The notes beneath the pieces were generated by a model that was given only the letters and a program-made list of their open reading frames with translations, was not told the DNA's origin and did no database searches. This document shows, piece by piece, positions 8,791 through 18,722 of a stretch of DNA of 48,442 nucleotides (positions are counted from its first letter, which is position 1; each line of letters opens with the position of its first letter). Where the stretch lies: positions 1-48,442 of the forward strand of contig DVOE01000085.1 in NCBI GenBank assembly GCA_018713795.1, given 5' to 3'. The position numbers and the translations under genes are program-made. The DNA is from Candidatus Limadaptatus stercoripullorum (lineage in GTDB: Bacteria; Bacillota; Clostridia; Christensenellales; CAG-917).

Positions 8791-9890
8791 TTTTGGTGGC
8801 CGAACCTCGTCTCACAATACTCACACCTATACACATTGTGCGCTTTGTCGCGGAGCGAGAATTGCTGGGGGAGGTCGGTCTCGACGGCGGTGACGCACTT
8901 GGGGTTGCGGCAGACGAAGCCTTCGGAGAGGATCTCGCGGCGGGTGGTCTCGGGGCAATAGCCCTTGGCGGCGTCGTCGAGGAGGCGGAGGATGAGCGCC
9001 ATGCGCATGAATTTGCCGTACTCGACCTGTTTGAAGTAGCAGGCGCGGGGATCGTCGTCGACATCGACGCTGATCTCCTTGACGCGCGGGAGAGGATGGA
9101 GCACGCTCATGTCGGAGCGGGCGGCTTTCATCTTCTCGGCGTTCAGGACATAGCAGTCCTTGAGGCGCTCGTACTCGTCGAGGTCTGCAAAGCGCTCTTT
9201 TTGGATGCGGGTCATGTAGAGAACATCGAGGTCGGCGATGCAGTCTTCGATGGTGGAACAGGTGCTCCACACCGCGCCGCGGGGTTCCATGATCTCGTAG
9301 CGGACATAATTGGGTATGCCGAGCTCGGGGGGCGAGATCATGATGAGGCGGTTGCCGGGATAGCGAGTCAGGGCGTTGATGAGCGAATGCACCGTGCGCC
9401 CGTATTTGAGGTCGCCGCAAATGCCGACGGTCAGCCCGTGAAGCCTGCCGTGGCGGTTCTTGATGGTGAGAAGATCGGCGAGCGTCTGAGTGGGATGGCA
9501 ATGCCCGCCGTCGCCCGCGTTGATGACGGGAACGACGCTGCGGCGGGAGGCGGCGAGCGCCGCGCCTTCGAGAGGATGGCGCATGGCGATGATGTCCGCG
9601 TACGCGCTCACCGTGCGGATGGTGTCCATGACGCTCTCGCCCTTGGTTGTGGAGCTGTTGGACGCCGAAGCAAACCCGAGAGTGTTGCCGCCGAGCTCGA
9701 TCATCGCCGCCTCAAACGAGAGGCGGGTGCGGGTGGACGGCTCGAAAAAGAGCGTCGCGATCTTCTTGCCGTCGCAGGCGTGCGCGTAGTCCGCGCGGTG
9801 GCGCATGATGTCCTCGGCGACGGCGATTATGCCGTCGATCTCCTCGGTGGTGAGATCGGAAATGTCGATGAGATGTCTTATCTTGTTCAT
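8787..9890 (-). CDS. pyrB: Aspartate carbamoyltransferase catalytic chain with fused C-terminal PyrI-like zinc domain
   Basis: FFEPSTRTRLSFE, HPTQTL and HPLPR; C-terminal CRNPKC...YRCEYCE. Confidence 0.95.
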   Translation of the reverse strand: MNKIRHLIDISDLTTEEIDGIIAVAEDIMRHRADYAHACDGKKIATLFFEPSTRTRLSFEAAMIELGGNTLGFASASNSSTTKGESVMDTIRTVSAYADIIAMRHPLEGAALAASRRSVVPVINAGDGGHCHPTQTLADLLTIKNRHGRLHGLTVGICGDLKYGRTVHSLINALTRYPGNRLIMISPPELGIPNYVRYEIMEPRGAVWSTCSTIEDCIADLDVLYMTRIQKERFADLDEYERLKDCYVLNAEKMKAARSDMSVLHPLPRVKEISVDVDDDPRACYFKQVEYGKFMRMALILRLLDDAAKGYCPETTRREILSEGFVCRNPKCVTAVETDLPQQFSLRDKAHNVYRCEYCETRFGHQK

Positions 9891-9952
9891 AGCGTTATTT
9901 GCGTATCGCGCGGTTTATCTGCTACTTTCGCGCGATAAACCGCGTGTTTTGT

Positions 9953-10603
9953 TCAGTTCTTGCCGCCTTTCATGCAGCTCTCGTCCGAGGGATCGTCGCG
10001 GAACGCGAGGAGCTTGCGGCAGTCGTCGCTCTTGATGTAGCCCTCTTCGACCGCCACTTCGAGCAGGCTGTCGAGGTCGCACAGGCTGACCGTCCTGACG
10101 CCGGCTTCCGCGGTCTTTTGGGTGCCCGCTTTCATGCCGTAGGTGAAGATGCTGACCATGCCGAGCACTTCGGCGCCGGCTTCGCGCAGGGCGTCCACCG
10201 TCTCGAGAGAGCTCTTCGCGGTGGAGATGAGATCCTCGACGACCACGACTTTTGCGCCGGGCTCGAGTTTGCCTTCGATGCGGTTGGCCCTGCCGTGATC
10301 CTTGGCGCCCGAACGGACATAACCCATGGGCATGCCGAGCAGCCAGCCCGCTATCGCCGCGTGCGCTATGCCTGCGGTCGCGGTGCCCATCAGCACTTCG
10401 GTGTCCGGGAACTCGCGGCGGACGGTGTCCGCTATGCCCTGCTCCACCACCGTGCGCACTTCGGGGGCGGTGAGCACGAGGCGGTTGTCGCAATAGATGG
10501 GGCTCTTTATCCCGCTCGCCCAGGTGAAGGGCTCGTCGGGTCTCAGAAACACCGCGCCTATGGAGAGCAATCCTTTTGCAACTTGTCTTTGAAGGTCCGT
10601 CAT
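9953..10603 (-). CDS. pyrE: Orotate phosphoribosyltransferase
   Basis: [16 protein letters not shown]; PRPP motif [12 protein letters not shown]. Confidence 0.96.
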   Translation of the reverse strand: MTDLQRQVAKGLLSIGAVFLRPDEPFTWASGIKSPIYCDNRLVLTAPEVRTVVEQGIADTVRREFPDTEVLMGTATAGIAHAAIAGWLLGMPMGYVRSGAKDHGRANRIEGKLEPGAKVVVVEDLISTAKSSLETVDALREAGAEVLGMVSIFTYGMKAGTQKTAEAGVRTVSLCDLDSLLEVAVEEGYIKSDDCRKLLAFRDDPSDESCMKGGKN

Positions 10604-11313
10604 ATCTCTTCTCCCAAAAAATCTTTTACGCAGCGGGCGTATGCCGCGACGGGATCGGCGGCAGCCGTGACGGGCCTGCCGACCACGATGTAGTCCGAAC
10701 CCAGCGATCTCGCGTCCGCGGGGGTGGTGACGCGCACCTGATCGCCCTTCGCGGAATCGGCGAACCTAATGCCGGGCGTTACGGTCAGGAAATTTTCGCC
10801 GCAGGCGGAATGCACTTTGCCCGCCTCGAGCGGCGAGCAGACCACGCCGTCCAGCCCCGAACGCGCCGCGTTCTCGGCATAGAGCATGACCGTCTCGTCG
10901 ATGGGGCGGTCGATGAGCAGTTCTTCGCGCATTAGCTGCTCGGAGGTCGAGGTGAGCTGGGTCACCGCGATGAGCAGAGGACGGCTGCCGTCCGCGCGGG
11001 TCAACCCTTCGAGCGCGGCGCGCATCATGACCGATCCGCCCGCGGCATGCAGGTTGCACATGTCCACATCCAGCCCCGAGAGCACAGCCATCGCCTTGCC
11101 GACGGTGTTGGGGATATCGTGGAGCTTGAGGTCGAGGAATATCTTGTGCCCGCGGGCTTTGATCTCGCGGACGAGCTCGCTCCCCGCGGCATAAAAGAGT
11201 TCCATGCCTATCTTGACGAAGGGCTTCCTCGCCACGCCTTCGAACTTGTCAAGAAAGGCGAGCGCCTGCTCCGCCCCCGCGAAATCCAACGCGATGATAA
11301 CATCTTTTGCCAT
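10600..11313 (-). CDS. pyrF: Orotidine-5'-phosphate decarboxylase
   Basis: [20 protein letters not shown] and IVVGRP. Confidence 0.97.
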   Translation of the reverse strand: MAKDVIIALDFAGAEQALAFLDKFEGVARKPFVKIGMELFYAAGSELVREIKARGHKIFLDLKLHDIPNTVGKAMAVLSGLDVDMCNLHAAGGSVMMRAALEGLTRADGSRPLLIAVTQLTSTSEQLMREELLIDRPIDETVMLYAENAARSGLDGVVCSPLEAGKVHSACGENFLTVTPGIRFADSAKGDQVRVTTPADARSLGSDYIVVGRPVTAAADPVAAYARCVKDFLGEEI

Positions 11314-11331
11314 ATATTCTCCCTCGCGCCG

Positions 11332-12240
11332 CTAAACGGCGGCGCCGATTATATCCGTGAGGTTTTGCACACGGTAGCTCGCCATGACCTCGGGCAGCGC
11401 CGCGACAATGTCGCGGCAGGCGTAAGGATCGACGAGATTCGCCGCCCCGACCTGCACCGCGCACGCGCCCGCCATCATCATTTCGAGCACGCCTTCGGCG
11501 CTGTCCACGCCGCCCATGCCTATGACGGGGATATCCACCGCCCTCGCCACATCGTTGACCATCCTGAGCGCGACGGGGAAGACCGCGGGACCGCTGACCC
11601 CGCCCGTGCGCACGCTTATGATCGGACGGCGGGTCCTGAGATCTATGCGCATCCCGACCAGCGTGTTGATGAGGCTGACGGCGTCCGCGCCGCCGTCCCT
11701 GACGGCGAGCGCCAGCCCGGCAATGTCGGTGACATTCGGGCTGAGTTTGACGATAAGCGGCTTTTTGATATGCGTTTTGACCGCATAAACCAGCTTTTTT
11801 GCGGTTTCGGCGTCCGTGCCGAACGCCATCCCGCCGCCCTTGACATTGGGGCAGGAGATGTTGAGTTCGATCGCGAACACATGCGGCGACGCCGCGAGTT
11901 TCTCGGACGCGGCGACATATTCGTGCTCGCTGTGTCCTCCGACATTGGCGATGATCGCCCCGTCAAAGAGGGCGGCGAGCCGCGGGATCTCCTCGCCCGC
12001 AACGGCGTCCGCGCCGGGGTTTTGCAGCCCTATGGCGTTGATGACGCCCGAGGGGCACTCCGCGATCCTCGGCTGCGGGTTGCCGTAGCGCGGCTCGAGG
12101 GTGGTGCCTTTGAGGGCTATGCCGCCGAGGATATTGAGGTCGTAGTACTCCGCGAATTCGCTGCCGAACCCGAAAGTCCCGCTGGCAGGGATGACGGGAT
12201 TTTTGAGCCGCCTTCCGAACAGGGTCACAGAGGTATCCAT
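11332..12240 (-). CDS. pyrD: Dihydroorotate dehydrogenase B, catalytic subunit
   Basis: ASGTFG, NAIGLQNPG, ELNISCPN and VKLSPN. Confidence 0.96.
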   Translation of the reverse strand: MDTSVTLFGRRLKNPVIPASGTFGFGSEFAEYYDLNILGGIALKGTTLEPRYGNPQPRIAECPSGVINAIGLQNPGADAVAGEEIPRLAALFDGAIIANVGGHSEHEYVAASEKLAASPHVFAIELNISCPNVKGGGMAFGTDAETAKKLVYAVKTHIKKPLIVKLSPNVTDIAGLALAVRDGGADAVSLINTLVGMRIDLRTRRPIISVRTGGVSGPAVFPVALRMVNDVARAVDIPVIGMGGVDSAEGVLEMMMAGACAVQVGAANLVDPYACRDIVAALPEVMASYRVQNLTDIIGAAV

Positions 12241-12244
12241 GCCG

Positions 12245-12979
12245 TCACTCCCATATGAGGGACGCCGCCGGGAAGACGGGGCCCTCCTTGCACACGCGGG
12301 CGTAGCCGTCCGCGGTCTTTACGCTGCATCCCATGCACGCGCCGAAGCCGCAGCCCATGCGCGCCTCGAGGCTGAGTTCGCCCGCGCCGCTCCACGCGGC
12401 GAGCGCACGGAGCATGGGCAGGGGCCCGCAGGCGTAATAGCGGTCGAACCCGTTCCCTTCCGACAAGCCTTCCGCGCGCACGGCGTCAACGGCGTTGCCG
12501 CGTATGCCGCGGCTGCCGTCGTCGGTGGCGACGATCACATTCCCGAAGTCGCCGAACTCACGCTCGAAATAGATCTGATCCGCGCTCCCGAAAGCGAGGA
12601 CGACGGTGGGGCGCACTCCCCTTTCCGCGAATGTGCGGGCAAGCATATAGAGCGGCGCGCAGCCTATGCCGCCGCCGATGAGCAGCGGGCGGCTCGCGTC
12701 CGTCCCGAACCCGTTGCCGAGCGAGGTGAGCGCGGAGACCTTTCTCCCCGGCTGCCACTCCGCCATCTCGCGGGTGCCTTTCCCCACCTTTTTGACGATG
12801 AGGGTGAGCTCGTCTCCGCGGCTGTCGGCGACGCTTATCGGGCGGCGGAGATAACCTCCGTCCACCGAAAGTTCGACGAACTGTCCGGGGCGCATGGGTT
12901 CCGCGCCCGCGAAAGTCAGCCCGAACACCTCGTCGTTCAGGCTGCGCCGGGAGATGAGCGTCAGGGTTTGCTTTTTCAT
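12245..12979 (-). CDS. pyrK: Dihydroorotate dehydrogenase electron transfer subunit
   Basis: LRRPIS, GGGIG, CGP and the 2Fe-2S motif MGCGFGACMGC...VCKEGPVF. Confidence 0.95.
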   Translation of the reverse strand: MKKQTLTLISRRSLNDEVFGLTFAGAEPMRPGQFVELSVDGGYLRRPISVADSRGDELTLIVKKVGKGTREMAEWQPGRKVSALTSLGNGFGTDASRPLLIGGGIGCAPLYMLARTFAERGVRPTVVLAFGSADQIYFEREFGDFGNVIVATDDGSRGIRGNAVDAVRAEGLSEGNGFDRYYACGPLPMLRALAAWSGAGELSLEARMGCGFGACMGCSVKTADGYARVCKEGPVFPAASLIWE

Positions 12980-12980
12980 A

Positions 12981-15900
12981 TCAGCAGATGGTGGACACCT
13001 TGAAGGTCATGTCTTCGAGCACATCGAGCAGCGCTTCGACGGTGTCCTGCGAGGTGAAGAGGGTGACATTGTTCTCGACGGCGGCGCGGCGTATCTCGTA
13101 GCCGTCGTGCTTGGTGCTCTCCTCGTCGAGGTCGCGGGTGTTGATGACATAGGTGACATGCCCTTTCCGGATGCTGTCGAGGATATCCGAGCTGCCTTCG
13201 CTTATCTTGGCTTTGCTCCGCGCCTTGATGCCGTGCGCGTGCAGGAACTCGGCGGTGCCGGCGGTCGCCTCGATGTTGAATCCGAGGTCGTAGAATCTCC
13301 TTGCTATGGGCAGGAACGCCTCCTTGTCGCAGTCGGCGATGGTCATGAACACGGTGCCGTAGTTCTGCATACTCATGCCCGACGCCTTGAGCGCCTTGTA
13401 GAGCGCGCGGTTCATGGAGACATCGTAGCCTATGGCTTCGCCGGTGGACTTCATCTCGGGCGAGAGGTAGACCTCCATGCCCTTGATCTTGGAGAAGGAG
13501 AAGGCGGGCGCTTTGACATACCACCTGTCGGGCGTCCCGGAGGGGAAGACCTCGGTGAAGCCCTGCTCTTTCAGCGATATGCCGAGCATGACTTTGGTGC
13601 CGATGTCCGCGAGCGAGTAGCCCGACGCCTTGGAGATGAAGGGCACCGTGCGCGAGGAACGGGGGTTGACTTCGATGACATAGACATCGTTCTTGGCGTC
13701 CACGATGAACTGGATATTGTAAAGCCCGACTATGCCTATCCCGAGCCCCAGCTTGACGGTGTAATCGATGATCTTTTTCTTGACCTCGTCGTTGATGCTG
13801 AAGGTGGGATACACACTTATGCTGTCGCCGGAGTGCACGCCCGTGCGCTCGATATGCTGCATTATCGCGGGGCAGAACACATCCTTGCCGTCGCACACGG
13901 CGTCGACTTCGAGCTCCTTGCCGAGCACATATTTGTCCACGAGAATGGCGTGCCCGGTGTTGAGCGCGGACGCGCCGCGGAGATATTTGCCGAGCGCCTC
14001 GGGAGTGGAGGCTATCTGCATCTGCCTGCCTCCGAGCACATAGCTCGGACGCACCAGCACGGGATATCCTATCCTCTCCGCCACCGCGAGCCCGTCTTCG
14101 ACGGTGAACACCGCCTCTCCCTTGGGCTGCGGGATGCCGAGACGGTTGAGTATCTTCTCGAAGCAGTCCCTGTCCTCGGCGTTCTGTATCGCCTTGACAT
14201 CCGTGCCTATGATCTTGACGCCCAGCGAATCCAGCTTGTCGGCGAGGTTGATCGCCGTCTGCCCGCCGAGGGAGACCACCACTCCGTCCGGCTTTTCGAG
14301 GTCGATGATGTTCATGGTGTCCTCGACGGTGAGCGGCTCGAAGTAGAGCTTGTCCGAAGTGGTGTAGTCGGTGGAGACGGTCTCGGGGTTGTTGTTGACG
14401 ATGATAGCCTCGTAACCCGCCTCGCGTATTGTCCAGATGGCGTGCACGGTGGAGTAGTCGAACTCGATACCCTGCCCTATCCTTATGGGTCCCGAGCCGA
14501 GCACGATTATCTTCTTGCGGTCGCTGACCACGCTCTCCTGCTCGTCCTCGTAGGTGGAGTAGAAATAGGGCACATAGCTCTCGAACTCGCCCGCGCAGGT
14601 GTCTATCATCTTGTACACGGGCATGATGCCGAGCTCTTTGCGCTTGAGATAGATCTGCTCCTCGGTGGACTTCCAGACCTTGGCGAGATACTTGTCCGAG
14701 AACCCGCGCTTCTTCGCCTCGCGGAACACCTCGGGATCGTAGGGATTTGCCTTGACCACCGACTCGAACTCCACTATCTCGCGGATCTTCTCGAGGAAGA
14801 ACATGTCTATCTTGGTGCTCGACGCGATGAGGCCTATGTCCCCGCCGCGCTCGAACAGCTCGGCGATGGCGAACAGCCTGTCGTCCGTGCAGTCCTTGAT
14901 GTAATCGTAAAGCTCCTGCCTCGTCCAGTCGTCGAACTTGGGGATCCAGATGTGGATCGCTCCTATCTCCAGCGAACGCAGCGCCTTGAGAAGGCTCTCC
15001 TCGAAGGTGCGCCCTATGCTCATGGCCTCGCCCGTCGCCTTCATCTGAGTGCCGAGCACATTGGACGCCGTGTCGAACTTGTCGAAGGGGAAACGCGGCA
15101 CCTTGGTCACGATGTAATCGAGCGCGGGCTCGAAGGAGGCGGGGGTGTTGGCGAGCATGATCTCGTCAAGGCGCATACCGAGCGCGACCTTCGCCGTAAC
15201 GCGGGCGATGGGATAGCCGCTCGCCTTGGACGCCAGCGCCGAAGAACGGCTGACGCGGGGGTTGACCTCGATGAGGTAGTATCTGAAGGAATGGGGATCC
15301 AGCGCGAACTGCACATTGCATCCGCCCTCGATCTTGAGCTCGCGGATGATCTTGAGCGCGCTGTTGCGGAGCATCTGGACTTCCTTGTTGGTGAGCGTCT
15401 GCGCGGGCGCGACGACAATGCTGTCGCCGGTGTGAACGCCGACAGGATCCAGGTTCTCCATGCTGCATATCGCGACCGCCGTATCCGCCGCGTCGCGCAT
15501 GACCTCGAACTCGATCTCCTTGAAGCCCTTGACGCTCTTTTCGACCAGCACCTGCCCGACGGGAGAGAGCTGGAGAGCGTTCTTCATGATCTCGCAAAGC
15601 TCCTCTTCGTTCTCGGCAAAACCGCCGCCCGTGCCGCCGAGCGTGAACGCGGGGCGTAGCACGACGGGATAGCCGATGAGCTTCGCGGCTTCCACCGCTT
15701 CCTCTATGCTGTAAGTGATCTGCGAGGGGATGACGGGCTCGCCTATGCGCTGGCACATCTCCTTGAACTTCTCGCGGTCTTCCGCCATTTCGATACTTTC
15801 AAGCGATGTTCCGAGCAGTTTAACATTGCATTCGTCCAAAACGCCGCTGTGCGCCAGCTTCATCGCGAGGTTGAGACCCGTCTGTCCGCCGAGGGCGGGA

Positions 15901-16160
15901 ACGATGGCGTCGGGGCGCTCGTAGCGGATTATCCTCGCCATATACTCGAGGGTGAGCGGCTCCATGTAGATCTTGTCCGCCATCATCTTGTCCGTCATTA
16001 TGGTGGCGGGGTTGGAGTTGGCGAGCACGACTTCGTAGCCCTCTTCCTTGAGCGCTATGCAAGCCTGCGTCCCGGCGTAATCGAATTCCGCCGCCTGCCC
16101 TATCACGATGGGGCCGGAGCCTATGACCAAAACTTTCCTGATATCCGTTCTCTTAGGCAT
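12981..16160 (-). CDS. carB: Carbamoyl-phosphate synthase large subunit
   Basis: MPKRTDI...GSGPIVIGQAAEFDYAG; duplicated ATP-grasp domains; C-terminal MGS domain. Confidence 0.98.
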   Translation of the reverse strand: MPKRTDIRKVLVIGSGPIVIGQAAEFDYAGTQACIALKEEGYEVVLANSNPATIMTDKMMADKIYMEPLTLEYMARIIRYERPDAIVPALGGQTGLNLAMKLAHSGVLDECNVKLLGTSLESIEMAEDREKFKEMCQRIGEPVIPSQITYSIEEAVEAAKLIGYPVVLRPAFTLGGTGGGFAENEEELCEIMKNALQLSPVGQVLVEKSVKGFKEIEFEVMRDAADTAVAICSMENLDPVGVHTGDSIVVAPAQTLTNKEVQMLRNSALKIIRELKIEGGCNVQFALDPHSFRYYLIEVNPRVSRSSALASKASGYPIARVTAKVALGMRLDEIMLANTPASFEPALDYIVTKVPRFPFDKFDTASNVLGTQMKATGEAMSIGRTFEESLLKALRSLEIGAIHIWIPKFDDWTRQELYDYIKDCTDDRLFAIAELFERGGDIGLIASSTKIDMFFLEKIREIVEFESVVKANPYDPEVFREAKKRGFSDKYLAKVWKSTEEQIYLKRKELGIMPVYKMIDTCAGEFESYVPYFYSTYEDEQESVVSDRKKIIVLGSGPIRIGQGIEFDYSTVHAIWTIREAGYEAIIVNNNPETVSTDYTTSDKLYFEPLTVEDTMNIIDLEKPDGVVVSLGGQTAINLADKLDSLGVKIIGTDVKAIQNAEDRDCFEKILNRLGIPQPKGEAVFTVEDGLAVAERIGYPVLVRPSYVLGGRQMQIASTPEALGKYLRGASALNTGHAILVDKYVLGKELEVDAVCDGKDVFCPAIMQHIERTGVHSGDSISVYPTFSINDEVKKKIIDYTVKLGLGIGIVGLYNIQFIVDAKNDVYVIEVNPRSSRTVPFISKASGYSLADIGTKVMLGISLKEQGFTEVFPSGTPDRWYVKAPAFSFSKIKGMEVYLSPEMKSTGEAIGYDVSMNRALYKALKASGMSMQNYGTVFMTIADCDKEAFLPIARRFYDLGFNIEATAGTAEFLHAHGIKARSKAKISEGSSDILDSIRKGHVTYVINTRDLDEESTKHDGYEIRRAAVENNVTLFTSQDTVEALLDVLEDMTFKVSTIC

Positions 16161-17250
16161 TTTTCTTCCACTCCTCGATATTGACGATGAACTTCTCGAA
16201 CAGTCTTATGCTGTCCTGCGGACCCGGCGCGCTCTCGGGATGGAACTGCACGGAGAAGATCCTGTTCTTCTTGTCTTCCACGCCTTCCACCGTCCCGTCC
16301 AGCAGGTTGCGGTGCGTCACGGTGAGCCCCGTGCCTTCGAGCGACTTCTCGTCCACCGCATAGCTGTGGTTCTGCGCCGTTATCTCGACCAGCTGCGACT
16401 CGATGTTGAGTATGGGATGGTTGCCGCCGCGGTGACCGAACTTGAGCTTGTAGGTCTTCGCCCCGTAGGCGAGCGCGATGAGCTGATGTCCCATGCAGAC
16501 GCCCATGACGGGGACTTTGCCTTTGAGCTCCCTGACCAGCTCCACCACCTCGGGCACATTGACGGGATCCCCGGGACCGTTGGACAGGAACACGCCGTCC
16601 GGCTTCAGCGCGAGCAGGTCTTCCGCGCTTATGGTGTGCGGCACTATGATGACATTGCACCCCTGCGCGTTGAGGTTGTGCACCATCTGATTCTTGATGC
16701 CGCAGTCCACCGCCACCACATTGTACTTGTGATTGGGCGTGCGGCTGTACCACCTCTTCTTGCACCCCACCCTCTTGACCTGATCGGTGGGATAGGAGAA
16801 GGCGCATATGCGCTCCATGACCTCTTCGGTCGGAGTGTCCGCGTCGGTGAGGCAGGCGACCATTGAACCCTTGTCGCGTATTGTGCGGACCAGCTTCCTG
16901 GTGTCTATGCCCTGCATCCCCGGCACTCCGTCCTCCTCGAGCAGCTCGGACAGCGTCTTGGTGTAACGGAAGTTGGAGGGCGCGTCGTTGTAGTCGCGCA
17001 CGATGAGCGCCTTGAGGTAGAGCCCCTTGCTCTCGTAGTCCTCGTCCGTGATGCCGTAGTTGCCGATGATGGGATAGCTCATCACTATGACCTGATCGGC
17101 GTAGCTGGGATCGGAGATGATCTCCTGATATCCCGCCATCGAAGTGTTGAACACGATCTCGCCTATCGCGTCGGTGTCGGCGCCGAAGCCGCGGCCGATA
17201 TAGACATCGCCGTTTTCAAGCACGAGTTTCCTTCTTTTCATCTTGTCCAT
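16153..17250 (-). CDS. carA: Carbamoyl-phosphate synthase small subunit
   Basis: GEIVFNTSMAGYQE, SNGPGDP, GVCMGHQ and QFHPE; start reassigned to ATG 17250. Confidence 0.96.
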   Translation of the reverse strand: MDKMKRRKLVLENGDVYIGRGFGADTDAIGEIVFNTSMAGYQEIISDPSYADQVIVMSYPIIGNYGITDEDYESKGLYLKALIVRDYNDAPSNFRYTKTLSELLEEDGVPGMQGIDTRKLVRTIRDKGSMVACLTDADTPTEEVMERICAFSYPTDQVKRVGCKKRWYSRTPNHKYNVVAVDCGIKNQMVHNLNAQGCNVIIVPHTISAEDLLALKPDGVFLSNGPGDPVNVPEVVELVRELKGKVPVMGVCMGHQLIALAYGAKTYKLKFGHRGGNHPILNIESQLVEITAQNHSYAVDEKSLEGTGLTVTHRNLLDGTVEGVEDKKNRIFSVQFHPESAPGPQDSIRLFEKFIVNIEEWKKNA

Positions 17251-18494
17251 ACGATCTCTCCGCCTGACATAGTCGTCATTATTTTTGCTTTCACCCTCAT
17301 GCCCTCGAATGGGGTCATGTTCCCGCGGGAAGCGCTTTCCGCGCCCCGCACCGTCCATTCCGCGCCGAGGTCGATGACGGCAAGTTCCGCCCTCTCGCCT
17401 TCCGCGATCTTCGCCGGGGGAAGTCCGAACCTCCGCCGCGGCGCGCCGCTCATCGCGTCTATCAGCCGCCCGAGGGTTATCTTCCCCTCGAGCACCAGCT
17501 TTGTGTAAAGCACGGGGAAGGCGTATTCCAGCCCGATGACGCCCATCAGACTGCCCGCCAGCCCGCGCGATTTTTCCTCATCCGAATGCGGCGCGTGATC
17601 GGTCGCGATCATGTCCACCGTCCCGTCGGCAAGCCCTTCTATCAGCGCGTCGCGGTCGGCAGCCGTCCTCACGGGCGGATTCATCTTGAACCTGCCCTCG
17701 TCCCTGAGATCGTCCTCGGTGAGCACGAGATAATGCGGCGCCGTCTCGCAGGTGATGTCCGCCCCGCGCGCCTTCGCGCGCCTTATCAGCTCCACGCTCT
17801 CGCGGGTGGAGACATGGCACACATGATAGCGCACCCCCGTCTCCTCGGCGAGCGCGATGTCCCGCTCCACCATGCGCCACTCGCTCTCCGAAGATATCCC
17901 GACGAGCCCGTGGCGGCGGGCGTACTCCCCGTCATGCACGGCTCCGCCCGCGCGGAGACAGCGCTCGTCCTCGCAATGCGCGGAGATGATGCCGCCCACG
18001 GCTTTCACCCTCCGCATAGCCTCGCGCATGAGCTCCTCGCTCTGCACGCCCTTGCCGTCGTCCGAAAACCCGACGACAAAGGGAGCCAGCCCCTCTATGT
18101 CCGAAAGCCGCTGCCCTTTCTCGCCCACGGTGAGCGCCGCAAACGGATAAACAGGCACTTTAGCGGTCTTTTTGATGATATCAACCTGCTTTTCGAGGTT
18201 TTTAACGCTGTCGGGGACGGGATCGAGATTGGGCATGGAACACACCGCGGTGAACCCACCGCGCGCCGCGCTCTCCGTGCCCGAAGCGATGGTCTCCTTA
18301 TAAAAAAATCCCGGTTCCCGCAGGTGCACATGCACATCCGCGAAAGCCGGTACGACGAGGGTCCTGCCCCGGTAGTCCTCTTCGGAAGCGAGGGGGGAGA
18401 GGTCCGAGAGGAAAATCTTCCCCTCCCGCACGGTCAGCGTGCCGTGCATGAGCCCCTCTTCCGCAGCGTAAACCACCTTGCCGAAGCCTGTCAC
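17238..18494 (-). CDS. pyrC: Dihydroorotase
   Basis: DVHVHLREPG, KMNPP and IATDHAPH metal-binding motifs. Confidence 0.95.
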   Translation of the reverse strand: MTGFGKVVYAAEEGLMHGTLTVREGKIFLSDLSPLASEEDYRGRTLVVPAFADVHVHLREPGFFYKETIASGTESAARGGFTAVCSMPNLDPVPDSVKNLEKQVDIIKKTAKVPVYPFAALTVGEKGQRLSDIEGLAPFVVGFSDDGKGVQSEELMREAMRRVKAVGGIISAHCEDERCLRAGGAVHDGEYARRHGLVGISSESEWRMVERDIALAEETGVRYHVCHVSTRESVELIRRAKARGADITCETAPHYLVLTEDDLRDEGRFKMNPPVRTAADRDALIEGLADGTVDMIATDHAPHSDEEKSRGLAGSLMGVIGLEYAFPVLYTKLVLEGKITLGRLIDAMSGAPRRRFGLPPAKIAEGERAELAVIDLGAEWTVRGAESASRGNMTPFEGMRVKAKIMTTMSGGEIVWTR

Positions 18495-18520
18495 CGAGCG
18501 GTCCCTCCGAAATTTTTTCC

Positions 18521-18548
18521 ATTATACCACACCGCCCGCAAAATGCAA
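18521..18548 (-). promoter_or_regulatory. Sigma-A-type promoter of the pyr operon
   Basis: TTGCAT-N16-TATAAT with extended TG, ending ~27 nt before the pyrC GTG. Confidence 0.65.
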
Positions 18549-18676
18549 AATGTTTGGACGAAATTTCGCTCCCCCGCCCGTCTTTTATTTTGTTGCTTCG
18601 CGCGCGCAATCGCGCAACGCTCTCGCGCGTACGCGCGGGCGCGTGCGCGTACGCGCGAGCGTGCGGCATAAAAGAT

Positions 18677-18704
18677 AAAGCCGCCCCGGGGGCGGGGCGG
18701 CTTT
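18677..18704 (-). terminator. Intrinsic terminator after the membrane protein operon
   Basis: AAAGCCGCCCCG-N4-CGGGGCGGCTTT, followed by T-rich sequence on the minus strand. Confidence 0.75.
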
Positions 18705-18722
18705 GGGGTGAGAGTTCACTCG

